Shown here one piece after another: positions 34,752 to 44,374 of a stretch of 64,000 nucleotides of DNA. The notes beneath the pieces were generated by a model. It searched no databases. It worked only from the letters and a program-made list of their open reading frames with translations, and was not told where the DNA came from. How positions within the stretch are numbered: the stretch's first letter is position 1; every line of letters starts with the position of its first letter. This DNA is from Chloroflexota bacterium (GTDB taxonomy: Bacteria; Chloroflexota; Anaerolineae; UBA4142). The stretch spans positions 1,767-65,766 of the forward strand of contig JBBITT010000017.1 of assembly GCA_037440625.1 (NCBI GenBank), given 5' to 3'. A program made the translations under genes and the position numbers.

Positions 34752-35804
34752 CTATTTTTCCACGCCGGTAATCACCACGCCGCGCATAAACTGGCGTTGT
34801 GCGAAAAAGAACATCAACGCGGGCAGAACGAGCGTCAATGCCGCGGTCGCCGCGGCGCGTCCCGGGTAGATGGTGTAGGTCTGCACAAAGCGAGCGATGC
34901 CGACCGAGACCGGGAACAACTCGTCTTTGCCTGCCAAATAGACCAGCGGTTCAAAGTATTGATTCCAACGATAGAAAAAGTGAAAGAGCGTTACGGCAGT
35001 GATCGCTGGGATGGCTTGGGGCACAATGACCGAGACAAGGATGCGCAGTGGGCTGGCACCATCAATCATTGCGGCTTCGTCCATCTCGCGTGGAATAGTC
35101 ATCAGGTACTGCCGTAGCAAAAAGACATCGTAGGCATTGGCAAAGAAGGCGGGTACAATCAAGGGAAGCCATGTGCCCGTCCACCCCAGTTTGTTGAAAA
35201 AGATGTACATCGGGATGATGGTGGCTTGGGGCGGCAGCATAATTGTTGCCATGAGGATAAGGAACATGAAATTCTTGCCGGGAATCCGGAACCGTGCGAA
35301 ACCGTACGCGACCAGAATGCAGGAAGCCAAGTCTCCAATCGTACTCAGGATCGCAATCGTCAGAGTATTGCGGAAGAGCAGCGTAAAGTTGACTTCATTC
35401 CAGGCTTTGATGAAATTTTCGAGGGTGGGGGAAAACTGGTAAACGGGATTCCACGTGCGCCACCGTCCTTGGATATTAAAGATGCCTGCTTCCGGATTTG
35501 CCGGATCGAGCACATCGCTGTCTTCACGATAGGGATGAACCAGAACTAAGCGTTTGATACCTTGTTCGGTGGGAACATCGTACAGGGGATAGTCCGTACC
35601 TTGATAGTTATACGTAACCGCCCGGGCGGGCCACAGCGGCGCGTTCTGTGCCGAAAGTTGCGCATCGAGTTTGAAAGCGGTGGCAAGCATGTAACCCAAC
35701 GGCATCAAGAATAAGAGCATCGTTGCCAGCCCCAAACCGGTCACGCCTATGGTTGCGCCGAGTTCGCGCAGAAAACGACGTGGATGAAACGAGAATCTTG
35801 TCAT
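34752..35804 (-). CDS. Carbohydrate ABC transporter permease (MalG-like)
   Basis: EAA-type loop DEAAMIDGASPLRILVSVIVP; 6 TM helices. Confidence 0.85.
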   Translation of the reverse strand: MTRFSFHPRRFLRELGATIGVTGLGLATMLLFLMPLGYMLATAFKLDAQLSAQNAPLWPARAVTYNYQGTDYPLYDVPTEQGIKRLVLVHPYREDSDVLDPANPEAGIFNIQGRWRTWNPVYQFSPTLENFIKAWNEVNFTLLFRNTLTIAILSTIGDLASCILVAYGFARFRIPGKNFMFLILMATIMLPPQATIIPMYIFFNKLGWTGTWLPLIVPAFFANAYDVFLLRQYLMTIPREMDEAAMIDGASPLRILVSVIVPQAIPAITAVTLFHFFYRWNQYFEPLVYLAGKDELFPVSVGIARFVQTYTIYPGRAAATAALTLVLPALMFFFAQRQFMRGVVITGVEK

Positions 35805-35820
35805 AGTTTCTAACCAATGC

Positions 35821-36780
35821 TCAATCGGCGCCGGCGTAGTACACCAGGCGTTGCACAAAAAAGAACAACAATCCCGTTGCGATCATCGTAACGACAAAGA
35901 TCAACAGTGCCAATACCGAGGCGTACCCCATCTCGCTAAACGAGAACGCTTCGCGATAAAAATGGAGTGGAAAGAAAAGTAACGATCGTTGGGGATCGCC
36001 ATTCAATCCGCCAATCAACATAGCAGGCACAAAGTACTGGAATGCGCCAATCACTCCCAGCGTAACATTGTAAAAGATCACGGGGGAAATCATCGGAACG
36101 GTGATGTTGAAAAACTTGGTGATGGCGTTTGCGCCATCCACCGTTGCCGCTTCATACAGCTCGGTGGGCACGCCTTGGAGTGCGGCAAGCAAAATCAACA
36201 TGGCATTGCCCACGCCCCAGATTCCCAGGAGATTGAGTGCGGGCACTGCCCAGAACGGATCGCTGAACCAGCGAGGCGGGTCTTCAATGCCGATGGCTTT
36301 GAGGGAAAGATTGATCCAGCCGGATTGTGCGTTCAGCACGCCACCAAAAATAATTGTCCCCGCAACGACCGGGATGACGGTGGGCATAAAAAAGAGGGTG
36401 CGGAAAAGATTTGAAGCGATGAGATAACGCGAATTGACCAACACCGCAAAATAGAGGGGAACAATGAGACCCAGCGGAATGCCGATGAGTGCAAATTTGA
36501 GTGTGACTCCCATCGCCGGGACGGCGTAGAGATCGCTGAACAAGCGCGCATAATTGTCCAAGCCCACAAAGTTGAAATTGCCCGGCGCAAATTCTTTGGT
36601 CCCGGTATAATCGGTGAACGATAGAAAGATGGTCATCAGGATGGGCAACAATTGAAAACCGAAAAAACCGATGATCCAAGGGGTGAGGAATAGAAATCCC
36701 CAGAACACTTCGCGCCGGCGAAGCGCCGAAGTGCGAACCTGACGCAACCGAAAAGGAATCGCGATGACTTTGTCTAACAT
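35821..36780 (-). CDS. Carbohydrate ABC transporter permease (MalF-like)
   Basis: YEAATVDGANAITKFFNITVPM loop; start uncertain (the ORF track extends to 36846). Confidence 0.8.
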   Translation of the reverse strand: MLDKVIAIPFRLRQVRTSALRRREVFWGFLFLTPWIIGFFGFQLLPILMTIFLSFTDYTGTKEFAPGNFNFVGLDNYARLFSDLYAVPAMGVTLKFALIGIPLGLIVPLYFAVLVNSRYLIASNLFRTLFFMPTVIPVVAGTIIFGGVLNAQSGWINLSLKAIGIEDPPRWFSDPFWAVPALNLLGIWGVGNAMLILLAALQGVPTELYEAATVDGANAITKFFNITVPMISPVIFYNVTLGVIGAFQYFVPAMLIGGLNGDPQRSLLFFPLHFYREAFSFSEMGYASVLALLIFVVTMIATGLLFFFVQRLVYYAGAD

Positions 36781-36852
36781 TAGCCCGCCCCCAATGCCTC
36801 CTTGCGCCGCCGAAGTTTTCGTACGGCGCAAGGAGGTCAAGCCCAACGCATC

Positions 36853-38334
36853 CTAGGGCGCTGCCTTGAAGACGGCGTCCAAGTCTTTACGCAGTTTCTC
36901 GATTTCTTCATCCATGTTCAGGTTGGGGGTTTGATCCATCTTGGTGCGGAACGCCGTGAACAAGTCGTTGGCTTTGATCATGTTGGGGAGCCACGCTTCG
37001 TGGTTCGGCAGATCGGGATACTTGAGCATTTCTTCTGCCACGCTCCAGTTAATCTTGTTCGGTGCGGCTTTCTTATCTAGCGCGGCGAAGAACGCCGGCC
37101 GATCTTTCGGATCGGCGGGCATACCACCGTAAAACTCCATCAAGCCTGTGTCGGTAACCATCTTGGTCAGCACTTTGAAGGCAACCTTCTGATTCTTGCT
37201 GGCTTTCATAATGGCAAAGGTATCGCCGTGCAGTTTAGCCGTCACTTTGCCATTGATCGTCGGCAAGACCGCAATGTCCCACTTGGTCTTGCTCAGATCA
37301 AAACAGCAGGTGTACCACGTATGACACCACCACATGGCCACGTTGCCAGACGAACCGGGGTTGCCTTTGGCGAGCAGGTCGCTGTTTTGATAGTCGGCGT
37401 TCGGCATAAAATAGTTCTTCCAGACGCCGTCATAGTACCATTTCCACGATTGTTTCCAGTGCTCTGGAATGACCGCCGTCTTGGGATCTTTGGGATCGTA
37501 CGGCAAACCGCCGCCAAAGAACACGGCAACGCCGCGCGCATCGGTCCATTGCTCAAAGAAACCAAATTGCTTGATGTTCTTGGGATCGAATTTGGTACTC
37601 GTGGCATCGTTACCGTTCTTGTCCACCGTGAGTTTCCGAGCCAGTTCGGTGAATGTATCCAGATTCCAATCCTTGCCCTGATATTTTTCGCCGACTTTTT
37701 GCGGAGGATAGGGCAATTTGGCTTCATCAAACAGGGCTTTGTTGTAGTAGATCATCGAAGGGAACAAGGCAAACGGGATACCGACGAGCACGCCTTCATC
37801 CTTGGTGAACTCGAGCAAAGCAGGATCGTACTTGGCGAGATCAAAGCCGGCTTCTTTGGCAAGCGGTTCGATGTCCGCCCAAGCACCTTGGAAACTGGCG
37901 CGGCCCATCTTGCCCACCGGTCCCACAATGTCCGGTGCATTGCCAGCCGCGATCATCGCCTTGAGCGCGTCGTACGAGTTGGTGCCGGTGTTGTAGACGA
38001 CGGTCAAGACCACGCACGCTTCGGTCTGTGATTTGTTGAATTTTTCAGCCCACGCCTTTTCGACCGGAATCTGATCCGGTTGCGATCCGGTGCCCAGCCC
38101 GATGTACCAAACGATCTTGGTTGAGCCGGGAGCGCAGCCTTCCGTGCTGGTTACAACGGTAGGCGGAATGGTGGGGGTTGGAACAGCGGTAGGGGCTTTG
38201 GTGGCAGTGGGTGCCGGCGGCTGGGTGGGTGCTGCAGCAGGCGGTTGCGTAGGTGCCGGCGTTGGCGTTGCGCAGCCCGCGATGATCAAAACCATCACCA
38301 CAACGAGCGTGCCCAGAGAAAACAACTTGCGCAT
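36853..38334 (-). CDS. Sugar ABC transporter substrate-binding lipoprotein with Pro/Thr/Ala tether
   Basis: ATG 38334 after AGGAGA; MRKLFSLGTLVVVMVLIIAGC lipobox; PTPAPTQPPAAAPTQPPAPT linker. Confidence 0.85.
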   Translation of the reverse strand: MRKLFSLGTLVVVMVLIIAGCATPTPAPTQPPAAAPTQPPAPTATKAPTAVPTPTIPPTVVTSTEGCAPGSTKIVWYIGLGTGSQPDQIPVEKAWAEKFNKSQTEACVVLTVVYNTGTNSYDALKAMIAAGNAPDIVGPVGKMGRASFQGAWADIEPLAKEAGFDLAKYDPALLEFTKDEGVLVGIPFALFPSMIYYNKALFDEAKLPYPPQKVGEKYQGKDWNLDTFTELARKLTVDKNGNDATSTKFDPKNIKQFGFFEQWTDARGVAVFFGGGLPYDPKDPKTAVIPEHWKQSWKWYYDGVWKNYFMPNADYQNSDLLAKGNPGSSGNVAMWWCHTWYTCCFDLSKTKWDIAVLPTINGKVTAKLHGDTFAIMKASKNQKVAFKVLTKMVTDTGLMEFYGGMPADPKDRPAFFAALDKKAAPNKINWSVAEEMLKYPDLPNHEAWLPNMIKANDLFTAFRTKMDQTPNLNMDEEIEKLRKDLDAVFKAAP

Positions 38335-38450
38335 GGTAATCTTCTCCTCTCTCAGAAATCCAAAGATTGTTAAACCATCAAACGGAGACCGGTAGACGTT
38401 TTTGAGTTTGACCACCTCCTCCAGAGTAACTGCTCAGCCCTTCTCAAATT

Positions 38451-38519
38451 ACCGCAGAGACGCCGAGGGCGCGGAGAAAAAAACAAAATGAAACTCGGCG
38501 TTCTCTGCGCCTCTGCGGT
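38451..38519. repeat. Imperfect hairpin element of the CGCAGAG/GAGAAC family
   Basis: accgcagagacgccgag ... ctcggcgttctctgcgcctctgcggt between lacI and the binding-protein gene. Confidence 0.5.
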
Positions 38520-38566
38520 GAGTAGTTACCTCCAGAATCCCATGGCAGAGCGTTGCCAGGGAAGAA

Positions 38567-39577
38567 TCACATTACATTTAAGTCGGTTGATGCACGAACG
38601 ATCAACTGGGTAGGCAAGATAATATGACGCGGTTGCGCTGATGGGTTGGCAATCAGTTCGATCAACGTTTCCGCCGCCGTGAACCCGGCTTGATAGGTTG
38701 GTTGATGCACCGTTGTCAGGGGTGGATCGGTGCGTTCGGCAAATGGCATATCATCATAACCTGCCAGCGCAATGTCTTGTGGCACTTGCAAGCCCGCCGC
38801 GCGAATCGCGCGAAGTGCGCCCAATGCCATCGCATCGCTGGCAACGAACACGGCGTCCGGTTTCAACGGAATCAACTCTTGCATCCGAGCATAGCCGCCG
38901 TTCTCAGAAAAATCGCCCACCACGATTAGGTTGGGATCTATGGCAACCCCCGCATCGCGCAGCGCTCGTTTATAACCCTCCAAACGATCTATCCCGGCAA
39001 TCATATTGAGAGGACCGGTGATCGTCGCAATCCGCCGATACCCCCTCGCGATGAGATACGCCACCAATTCGCGTGCGCTGTTGATATTGTCAACATCCAC
39101 GTAATTCACGCGCGGATTGGTGGGGTGTCGCCCGACCAAAATAAACGGCAGATCGCTTTCGATGAGAGACAACATCAACGAATCGTCCACCAACATCGAA
39201 GCCATGATCACGCCGTCAATCAAACTATTGTGGAGAACTTGCGAAATCATCCGGCGTTCATATTCCGGCTCTGCCAACCAGAGCATCACCGAATGATCAT
39301 GTGCATTACAGGCGGAGGTAATCCCTTGAATCAAAATGGGAAAGTAGGGATCGCTAAAGAGGCCCGTAACACGTTCAGGGATAACGAGACCTAGGATGCG
39401 GGTGCGTCCGGCAGCGAGGGAGCGAGCGGCGAGGTTGGGGTGATAATTGAGTCGCTGGACGACTGTGAGGACACGCTGGCGTGTCTCATCGCTGACACGC
39501 GGATCGTTATTGATCACGCGCGACACCGTCGAGCGAGATACTTTGGCGCGCTTGGCAATCTCTTCCAGGGTTGCCAC
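38567..39577 (-). CDS. LacI-family transcriptional repressor
   Basis: HTH ATLEEIAKRAKVSRSTVSRVINN; periplasmic-binding-fold core; GTG 39577 is 5 nt after GGAGG (the ORF track ATG at 39640 lacks an SD and would cover an operator). Confidence 0.88.
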   Translation of the reverse strand: MATLEEIAKRAKVSRSTVSRVINNDPRVSDETRQRVLTVVQRLNYHPNLAARSLAAGRTRILGLVIPERVTGLFSDPYFPILIQGITSACNAHDHSVMLWLAEPEYERRMISQVLHNSLIDGVIMASMLVDDSLMLSLIESDLPFILVGRHPTNPRVNYVDVDNINSARELVAYLIARGYRRIATITGPLNMIAGIDRLEGYKRALRDAGVAIDPNLIVVGDFSENGGYARMQELIPLKPDAVFVASDAMALGALRAIRAAGLQVPQDIALAGYDDMPFAERTDPPLTTVHQPTYQAGFTAAETLIELIANPSAQPRHIILPTQLIVRASTDLNVM

Positions 39578-39612
39578 TGCCACCTCCGTCCCGGGCGTTT
39601 CGAATACTTTTG

Positions 39613-39626
39613 TGGGAGCGCTCCCA
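39613..39626. promoter_or_regulatory. LacI-type operator O2, perfect palindrome TGGGAGCGCTCCCA
   Basis: 14-bp perfect dyad in the lacI 5' UTR; core GAGCGCTC as in the symmetric lac operator. Confidence 0.7.
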
Positions 39627-39675
39627 AATAATTGCGCCATTTATGGATGAAAAAGGTATTTTGGGGAGTTTTCTG

Positions 39676-39689
39676 TGGGAGCGCTCCCA
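39676..39689. promoter_or_regulatory. LacI-type operator O1, perfect palindrome TGGGAGCGCTCCCA
   Basis: Identical 14-mer, 63 bp centre-to-centre from O2, abutting the -10 box. Confidence 0.7.
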
Positions 39690-39717
39690 TTATACGATGA
39701 AATGGTGTGCTTGTCAA
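39689..39717 (-). promoter_or_regulatory. Consensus sigma-70-type promoter TTGACA-17-TATAAT driving lacI (and possibly the whole sugar operon)
   Basis: Minus strand reads ggtcTTGACAagcacaccatttcatcgTATAATgggagcgctccca. Confidence 0.65.
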
Positions 39718-39731
39718 GACCTTTTCTGAAT

Positions 39732-39760
39732 TTGCCGGCACAGACGAATTGAGGCATAAT
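39732..39760 (+). promoter_or_regulatory. Candidate icd promoter TTGCCG-17-CATAAT
   Basis: Divergent from the lacI promoter, 36 nt before ATG 39796. Confidence 0.4.
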
Positions 39761-39795
39761 GTCGCTTGAAAATTTCTGATGATTGGAGATTATTT

Positions 39796-41094
39796 ATGCC
39801 TAGTCCTAAACCGATCGTGCCCAGCGATGGTGCCAAGATTACGATCCAGAATGGCAAATTGAATGTACCAGACCATCCCATCATCCCTTTTATCGAAGGG
39901 GATGGGACGGGCCGGGATATTTGGCGCGCTTCCGTCCGCGTCATTGATGCGGCGGTTGCCAAAGCGTATCAAGGCAAACGCCAGATCAAGTGGATGGAAG
40001 TTTATGCCGGCGAAAAGTCGTTCAATCTCTTTAACACGTGGTTGCCAGATGAAACGGTCGAGGCTTATCGTGATTTTCTGGTAGGCATCAAAGGACCATT
40101 GACTACGCCGGTCGGCGGTGGCATTCGTTCGCTGAATGTAGCGTTGCGTCAATTGCTTGACCTGTATGTGTGTTTGCGCCCGGTGCGCTGGTTTAAGGGC
40201 GTTCCTTCGCCGGTCAAGCATCCCGAAAAAGTAGATATGGTGATCTTTCGCGAAAACACGGAAGATATTTACGCTGGCATCGAATTCGAAGCCGGTAGCC
40301 CCAAGGTCAAGAAATTCCTTGCCCTGTTCAAAGAAGCGTTCCCCGAAGAGTACGCCAAGATTCGTTTCCCAGAAACATCCGCCATTGGGATCAAGCCGAT
40401 TTCACGCGAAGGGAGCGAGCGTCTCATCCGTGCGGCGATTCGATATGCTATCCTCAACAAACGCAAGAGTGTAACGTTTTCGCACAAGGGAAACATTATG
40501 AAGTACACCGAAGGTGCGTTCCGCAATTGGGGTTACGAGTTAGCTGAACGCGAGTTTGGTGATTACGTTTACACATGGGAACAGTGGAATCGTACCAAAG
40601 ATGCCAAAGGAGAAGACGCCGCGAACGCAGAACAAAAAGCTGCGCTAGCGGCAGGTAAGATTCTGATCAAAGACGCCATCGCCGATATTACCCTTCAACA
40701 AGTCCTAACGCGCGCCGACGAATTTGATGTGATCGCGACCATGAATTTGAATGGCGATTATCAATCTGATGCGATTGCGGCGCAAGTGGGTGGGATTGGC
40801 ATTGCGCCCGGCGGCAATATCAATTACGAAACCGGCCACGCCGTGTTCGAAGCCACGCATGGCACAGCACCCAAGTATGCCGATCTCGATGTGGTCAATC
40901 CCGGTTCGGTGATTCTTTCCGGCGAGATGATGCTCCGCCATATGGGCTGGACCGAGGCGGCCGATTTGATCATCAAGGGGATGGATGGCGCAATTGGTGA
41001 AAAAATCGTGACGTACGATTTTGCTCGTTTGATGGAAGGAGCCAAAAAAGTCAAATGTAGCGAATTTGGCGACGCCGTCATCGCGCGGATGTGA
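39796..41094 (+). CDS. icd: NADP-dependent isocitrate dehydrogenase
   Basis: [52 protein letters not shown]; ATG after GGAGA. Confidence 0.93.
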   Translation: MPSPKPIVPSDGAKITIQNGKLNVPDHPIIPFIEGDGTGRDIWRASVRVIDAAVAKAYQGKRQIKWMEVYAGEKSFNLFNTWLPDETVEAYRDFLVGIKGPLTTPVGGGIRSLNVALRQLLDLYVCLRPVRWFKGVPSPVKHPEKVDMVIFRENTEDIYAGIEFEAGSPKVKKFLALFKEAFPEEYAKIRFPETSAIGIKPISREGSERLIRAAIRYAILNKRKSVTFSHKGNIMKYTEGAFRNWGYELAEREFGDYVYTWEQWNRTKDAKGEDAANAEQKAALAAGKILIKDAIADITLQQVLTRADEFDVIATMNLNGDYQSDAIAAQVGGIGIAPGGNINYETGHAVFEATHGTAPKYADLDVVNPGSVILSGEMMLRHMGWTEAADLIIKGMDGAIGEKIVTYDFARLMEGAKKVKCSEFGDAVIARM

Positions 41095-41099
41095 AATGA

Positions 41100-41139
41100 A
41101 TCCGCCGATTCCTCGACCAGGAATCGGCGGATGTTTTTT
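41100..41139 (+). terminator. Rho-independent terminator of icd
   Basis: tccgccgattcc-tcgacca-ggaatcggcgga followed by tgtttttt. Confidence 0.8.
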
Positions 41140-41159
41140 GAGGGCAGAGCGAGGTTGGG

Positions 41160-42014
41160 TTATGGATGCGTAATCACCGGCGTGCCGATCTCTGCCCAAT
41201 CGTAAAACCATTTGGCGTCGGCAATCGTCAGGTTGACGCAACCGTGGCTCATCGGCTTGCCAAAGTTGTGATGCCAGTACGTCCCGTGAATCGCATACGC
41301 GCCGGTAAAGTACATCACCCACGGGACGCCGGGCAAATAGTACGCGCTGGCACCGTACCCACCACTCATCGTTTGCGAGGGAATCTTCATATAGATTTTG
41401 TAACGCCCCACCGGGGTGGGATACCACGAGACCCCGGTGGATACCAAAACGGTTTTGAGCGGTGTGCTCCCTTGATACGCCGTGATCGTTTGTGAACCGA
41501 TGTCAATATCAATCCATTTGCCATCTAGCGCAGTTGGCACCGGATTGGGTTTGGGCGGTGGGTTCTTGCTTGGCGCGGTTGCCGGTTGCGGTGCGGGCAG
41601 CGCGCTCTTGCCGGGAATAGCGAGCCGTTGCCCCGTGTAAATGAAATTAGGATTGTAGATACCGTTCGCGCGCATCAACTCGCTGGTGGTGGTGCCAAAG
41701 CGGGCGGCAATCGTTGCGAGTGTGTCGCCACGCACAACGATGTAGATACTCCCGGTCGTGGGGGCAGGGTTTGCCGGCGCGTAATTGAGCGTGGGCAAAG
41801 CGATGCGCTGACCCGCGTAAATAAAGTTGGGATTGGGGATATTGTTCGCGCGCATCAAGGCATCCACCGTTGTGCCATAACGCGCGGCGATTTTGTAGAG
41901 TGTGTCGCCGTAGCCGACGACAACAAAACTAGGACTCGCGGCGGCAACCGGCTGAACGAGTGTCAGCAGAGTTGCGGTCAGGACGATCAGTATAAGAACG
42001 CGGAGATACTTCAT
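41160..42014 (-). CDS. Secreted protein with two LysM domains and an L,D-transpeptidase (YkuD) domain
   Basis: Two YVVxxGDTLxxIAARFGTT repeats; catalytic SHGCVNL. Confidence 0.88.
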   Translation of the reverse strand: MKYLRVLILIVLTATLLTLVQPVAAASPSFVVVGYGDTLYKIAARYGTTVDALMRANNIPNPNFIYAGQRIALPTLNYAPANPAPTTGSIYIVVRGDTLATIAARFGTTTSELMRANGIYNPNFIYTGQRLAIPGKSALPAPQPATAPSKNPPPKPNPVPTALDGKWIDIDIGSQTITAYQGSTPLKTVLVSTGVSWYPTPVGRYKIYMKIPSQTMSGGYGASAYYLPGVPWVMYFTGAYAIHGTYWHHNFGKPMSHGCVNLTIADAKWFYDWAEIGTPVITHP

Positions 42015-42033
42015 CGGACACTCCCTTGAAAAT

Positions 42034-42060
42034 GTGGGACAAATTTCAAATTTGTCCTAC
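42034..42060. repeat. Palindromic element GTGGGACAAATTTCAAATTTGTCCTAC
   Basis: Same arms as 14529..14548 plus an internal 7-nt duplication (CAAATTT). Confidence 0.55.
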
Positions 42061-42165
42061 GCGTGGTTCATTTTCATCCGACCGCTGGTGCGCCAACGGC
42101 GAATGAACAACTCCTTAATGGGTCTTGTGTTACCAATATCATCTTAGCATAGTTGCCCACATCCA

Positions 42166-43038
42166 TCAAGCCCCGCCAAATCGCTTGCGCAAGAAATCGA
42201 GCACCACGCGATCAATGCGCGCACCCTCTAGCAAACGATCCTCCACATTCTCGACGCCGGCAAATTCGCGGAATGCTTTTTGCGTTGCCTCGTCCCACAC
42301 GCCATTGATCGCGCCCGCGTAATAGTTCAGACGTTGCATCATCGTTTGCAATTCCCGCGCGATGTTCGCATCAATCGGCAAAACATCGGCGGGATTGGTC
42401 TTGCCCAAATACAAATGATGCAGATCGAGCAAGCGTTTCAACTCATCAATCGGGGTCGGATGATCGTCCACGCGCAAGTCAATGTAGCGATCGTTGAAAC
42501 CGCCATAACCGCCCTTCTCGCGGACGATGAGCAATACTGCGCTCTCCTGTCCGCGCCGATCGCCGCCGGCGGCTTGCCCGGCGGCAAGCGCCGCGACCAA
42601 TCGTTCTGCCAAGGTGCCGCTTGTTTTCTGAAACGTGTTTGCCAACGCCTCAACGACCGCCGCACCAGCCAGAATATTTCCCTGCGCCGCAAAATTTTTT
42701 CCGATGACGCCACCCGCCCAATCGAAACATCCTTTGCCGGTGTACGTGAACGCACGCCCTTTGGCATCCACGATGCCAAATTGACGTTGATGCGCGTTGG
42801 GATCGGTGGCGATCAACTTGGCACCCACTTGTTTGGGTGTCAATCCTTGCTTCAACATTCGCAAGCCGCGTGGACCATACGATGTGTTCGCCCACGATTG
42901 CGTGGCAATCGCGCCGACGCCGGCTTGCGCCCACGGCACCACCGCACCCACCGCCAGAAATTTCGATTCAACGGCAACGCCGAGTTCTTTGGTCTTGGGA
43001 TCGAATGCCACAATCGAAAAAGTGGAAAGATGACTCAT
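42166..43038 (-). CDS. DUF1028 (Ntn-hydrolase-like) protein with C-terminal peptidoglycan-binding-like domain
   Basis: N-terminus STFSIVAFDPKTKELGVAV...; C-terminus LQTMMQRLNYYAGAINGVWDEATQKAF. Confidence 0.6.
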   Translation of the reverse strand: MSHLSTFSIVAFDPKTKELGVAVESKFLAVGAVVPWAQAGVGAIATQSWANTSYGPRGLRMLKQGLTPKQVGAKLIATDPNAHQRQFGIVDAKGRAFTYTGKGCFDWAGGVIGKNFAAQGNILAGAAVVEALANTFQKTSGTLAERLVAALAAGQAAGGDRRGQESAVLLIVREKGGYGGFNDRYIDLRVDDHPTPIDELKRLLDLHHLYLGKTNPADVLPIDANIARELQTMMQRLNYYAGAINGVWDEATQKAFREFAGVENVEDRLLEGARIDRVVLDFLRKRFGGA

Positions 43039-43847
43039 CGTTGATCTCCAAACGTGATGCGCGTGAGCGCGGTGAAGAGAAATGCGCCCATCGCAAAAAA
43101 GGTAATCATTGCCGGTGCGCGTTGTTCAGCAACGATCGCGGCAATGATCGTTGCCGTCCCTTGCACCGCGTACGCCGCAATCGGCAAACGAGGAAAGGAT
43201 TGGTCAAAACGCCATTCGCGCGGGGCTTGAGTTCTTTCGTACAAAAGATAGAGCAAGAATACGGTGAAGGTTGTGGCGAGCCAGCCCACAAAATTGCGCA
43301 CCGGGATTCCAAAGTACGCGCCGCCTGCTGTCCAGACCCAATGCCCGCGTGCGACCATCTGCGGGTCCATCCCCAAGTCCCATGCCGTCATCGCCATCGC
43401 GCCGAGCAATGCCAGCCAGATGATTCCCAGGAACGATTGCCGGGACATACCGGCGAATGCGCGCACAATCGCATACGAAGCATAGATCATCATAAACCAC
43501 GCCAGCGGAATGAGGAGCGGCACCACGCCTAGTTTGAGACCTAACCGATTGGTGTAATAGTAGGGTCCATAAATCAGCCCCGTGAGCACCCCAATCGTTT
43601 CAAAGATAAAACTCACGCCGAAAGTGATCCCAAGGAACACCAGCATCGAACGCGCACCGAGTTGCACGGCGGCGTGACACAGCGCAAAAAGGAAAAACAA
43701 CAACGTGGTAGATGAGAGCATCCAATGCGGCGGTTCAATGCCAATGAGAAGACTGGCGATTGTATAAGCGACGCTGACGGCGTACAAGATGAACGCGATG
43801 ATGGCGATGCGTCTGGCCCATACCATTGCGTCTGCGGCGCGGGTCAT
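43035..43847 (-). CDS. DUF422/CruF-like polytopic membrane protein (carotenoid-biosynthesis family)
   Basis: GITFGVSFIFETIGVLTGLIYGPYYYTNRLGLKLGVVPLLIPLAWFMM. Confidence 0.5.
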   Translation of the reverse strand: MTRAADAMVWARRIAIIAFILYAVSVAYTIASLLIGIEPPHWMLSSTTLLFFLFALCHAAVQLGARSMLVFLGITFGVSFIFETIGVLTGLIYGPYYYTNRLGLKLGVVPLLIPLAWFMMIYASYAIVRAFAGMSRQSFLGIIWLALLGAMAMTAWDLGMDPQMVARGHWVWTAGGAYFGIPVRNFVGWLATTFTVFLLYLLYERTQAPREWRFDQSFPRLPIAAYAVQGTATIIAAIVAEQRAPAMITFFAMGAFLFTALTRITFGDQR

Positions 43848-44329
43848 AGTTTATATCCAAACTTGCGCAACAAGCCCTTGCGCCATTCCACGCCGGCTTC
43901 ATCTTCGATGCCTTTGGATTTTGCACCGTCAATGACTCCGAGGATACCGCGTCCTTGTTCCGTTTCGGCAAGAATCACTTGAACGGGATTAGCCGTGGCA
44001 CAAAAGATATTCACGACTTCGGGGACATTTTTGATGGCGTGCAAAACGTTGATGGGGAAAAACCCGGCGCCTAGGAAAACGATGAAAGAGTGTCCCGCGC
44101 TTAGCGCAAACGCATTCTTTTTCGCCAATTCGATCAACGCGGGGTTCGTGCCGCTCGCCCGTACGAGCGTGTGCCCCGAGGCTTCGCAAAAAGCCAATCC
44201 AAATTGGATGCCGGGCACGGCGGTTACCAATGCCTCGTGCATGTCTTCCACCGTTTTGATGAAATGTGATTGACCGAGAATCACATTGAGCGAATCAGGA
44301 TTTTCGATCTGAACCAATTTGAGTTCCAT
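43844..44329 (-). CDS. Adenosine-specific-kinase-like protein (PF04008-type)
   Basis: NVILGQSHFIKTVEDMHEALV...FGLAFCEASG...FPINVLHAIKNVPEVVNIFCATANP. Confidence 0.55.
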   Translation of the reverse strand: MELKLVQIENPDSLNVILGQSHFIKTVEDMHEALVTAVPGIQFGLAFCEASGHTLVRASGTNPALIELAKKNAFALSAGHSFIVFLGAGFFPINVLHAIKNVPEVVNIFCATANPVQVILAETEQGRGILGVIDGAKSKGIEDEAGVEWRKGLLRKFGYKL

Positions 44330-44374
44330 GTTTGCCTCCCACGTTGCCGGGAATCTTTAGGTTGGGACGGCGCA

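Noticed and set aside
38543-38558. TGGCAGAGCGTTGCCA as a third LacI operator in front of the ABC transporter genes.
   Set aside because: Only 6 of 8 dyad positions pair, and it differs from the perfect TGGGAGCGCTCCCA sites. It sits directly after the lacI stop and upstream of a hairpin element rather than at a recognisable promoter.
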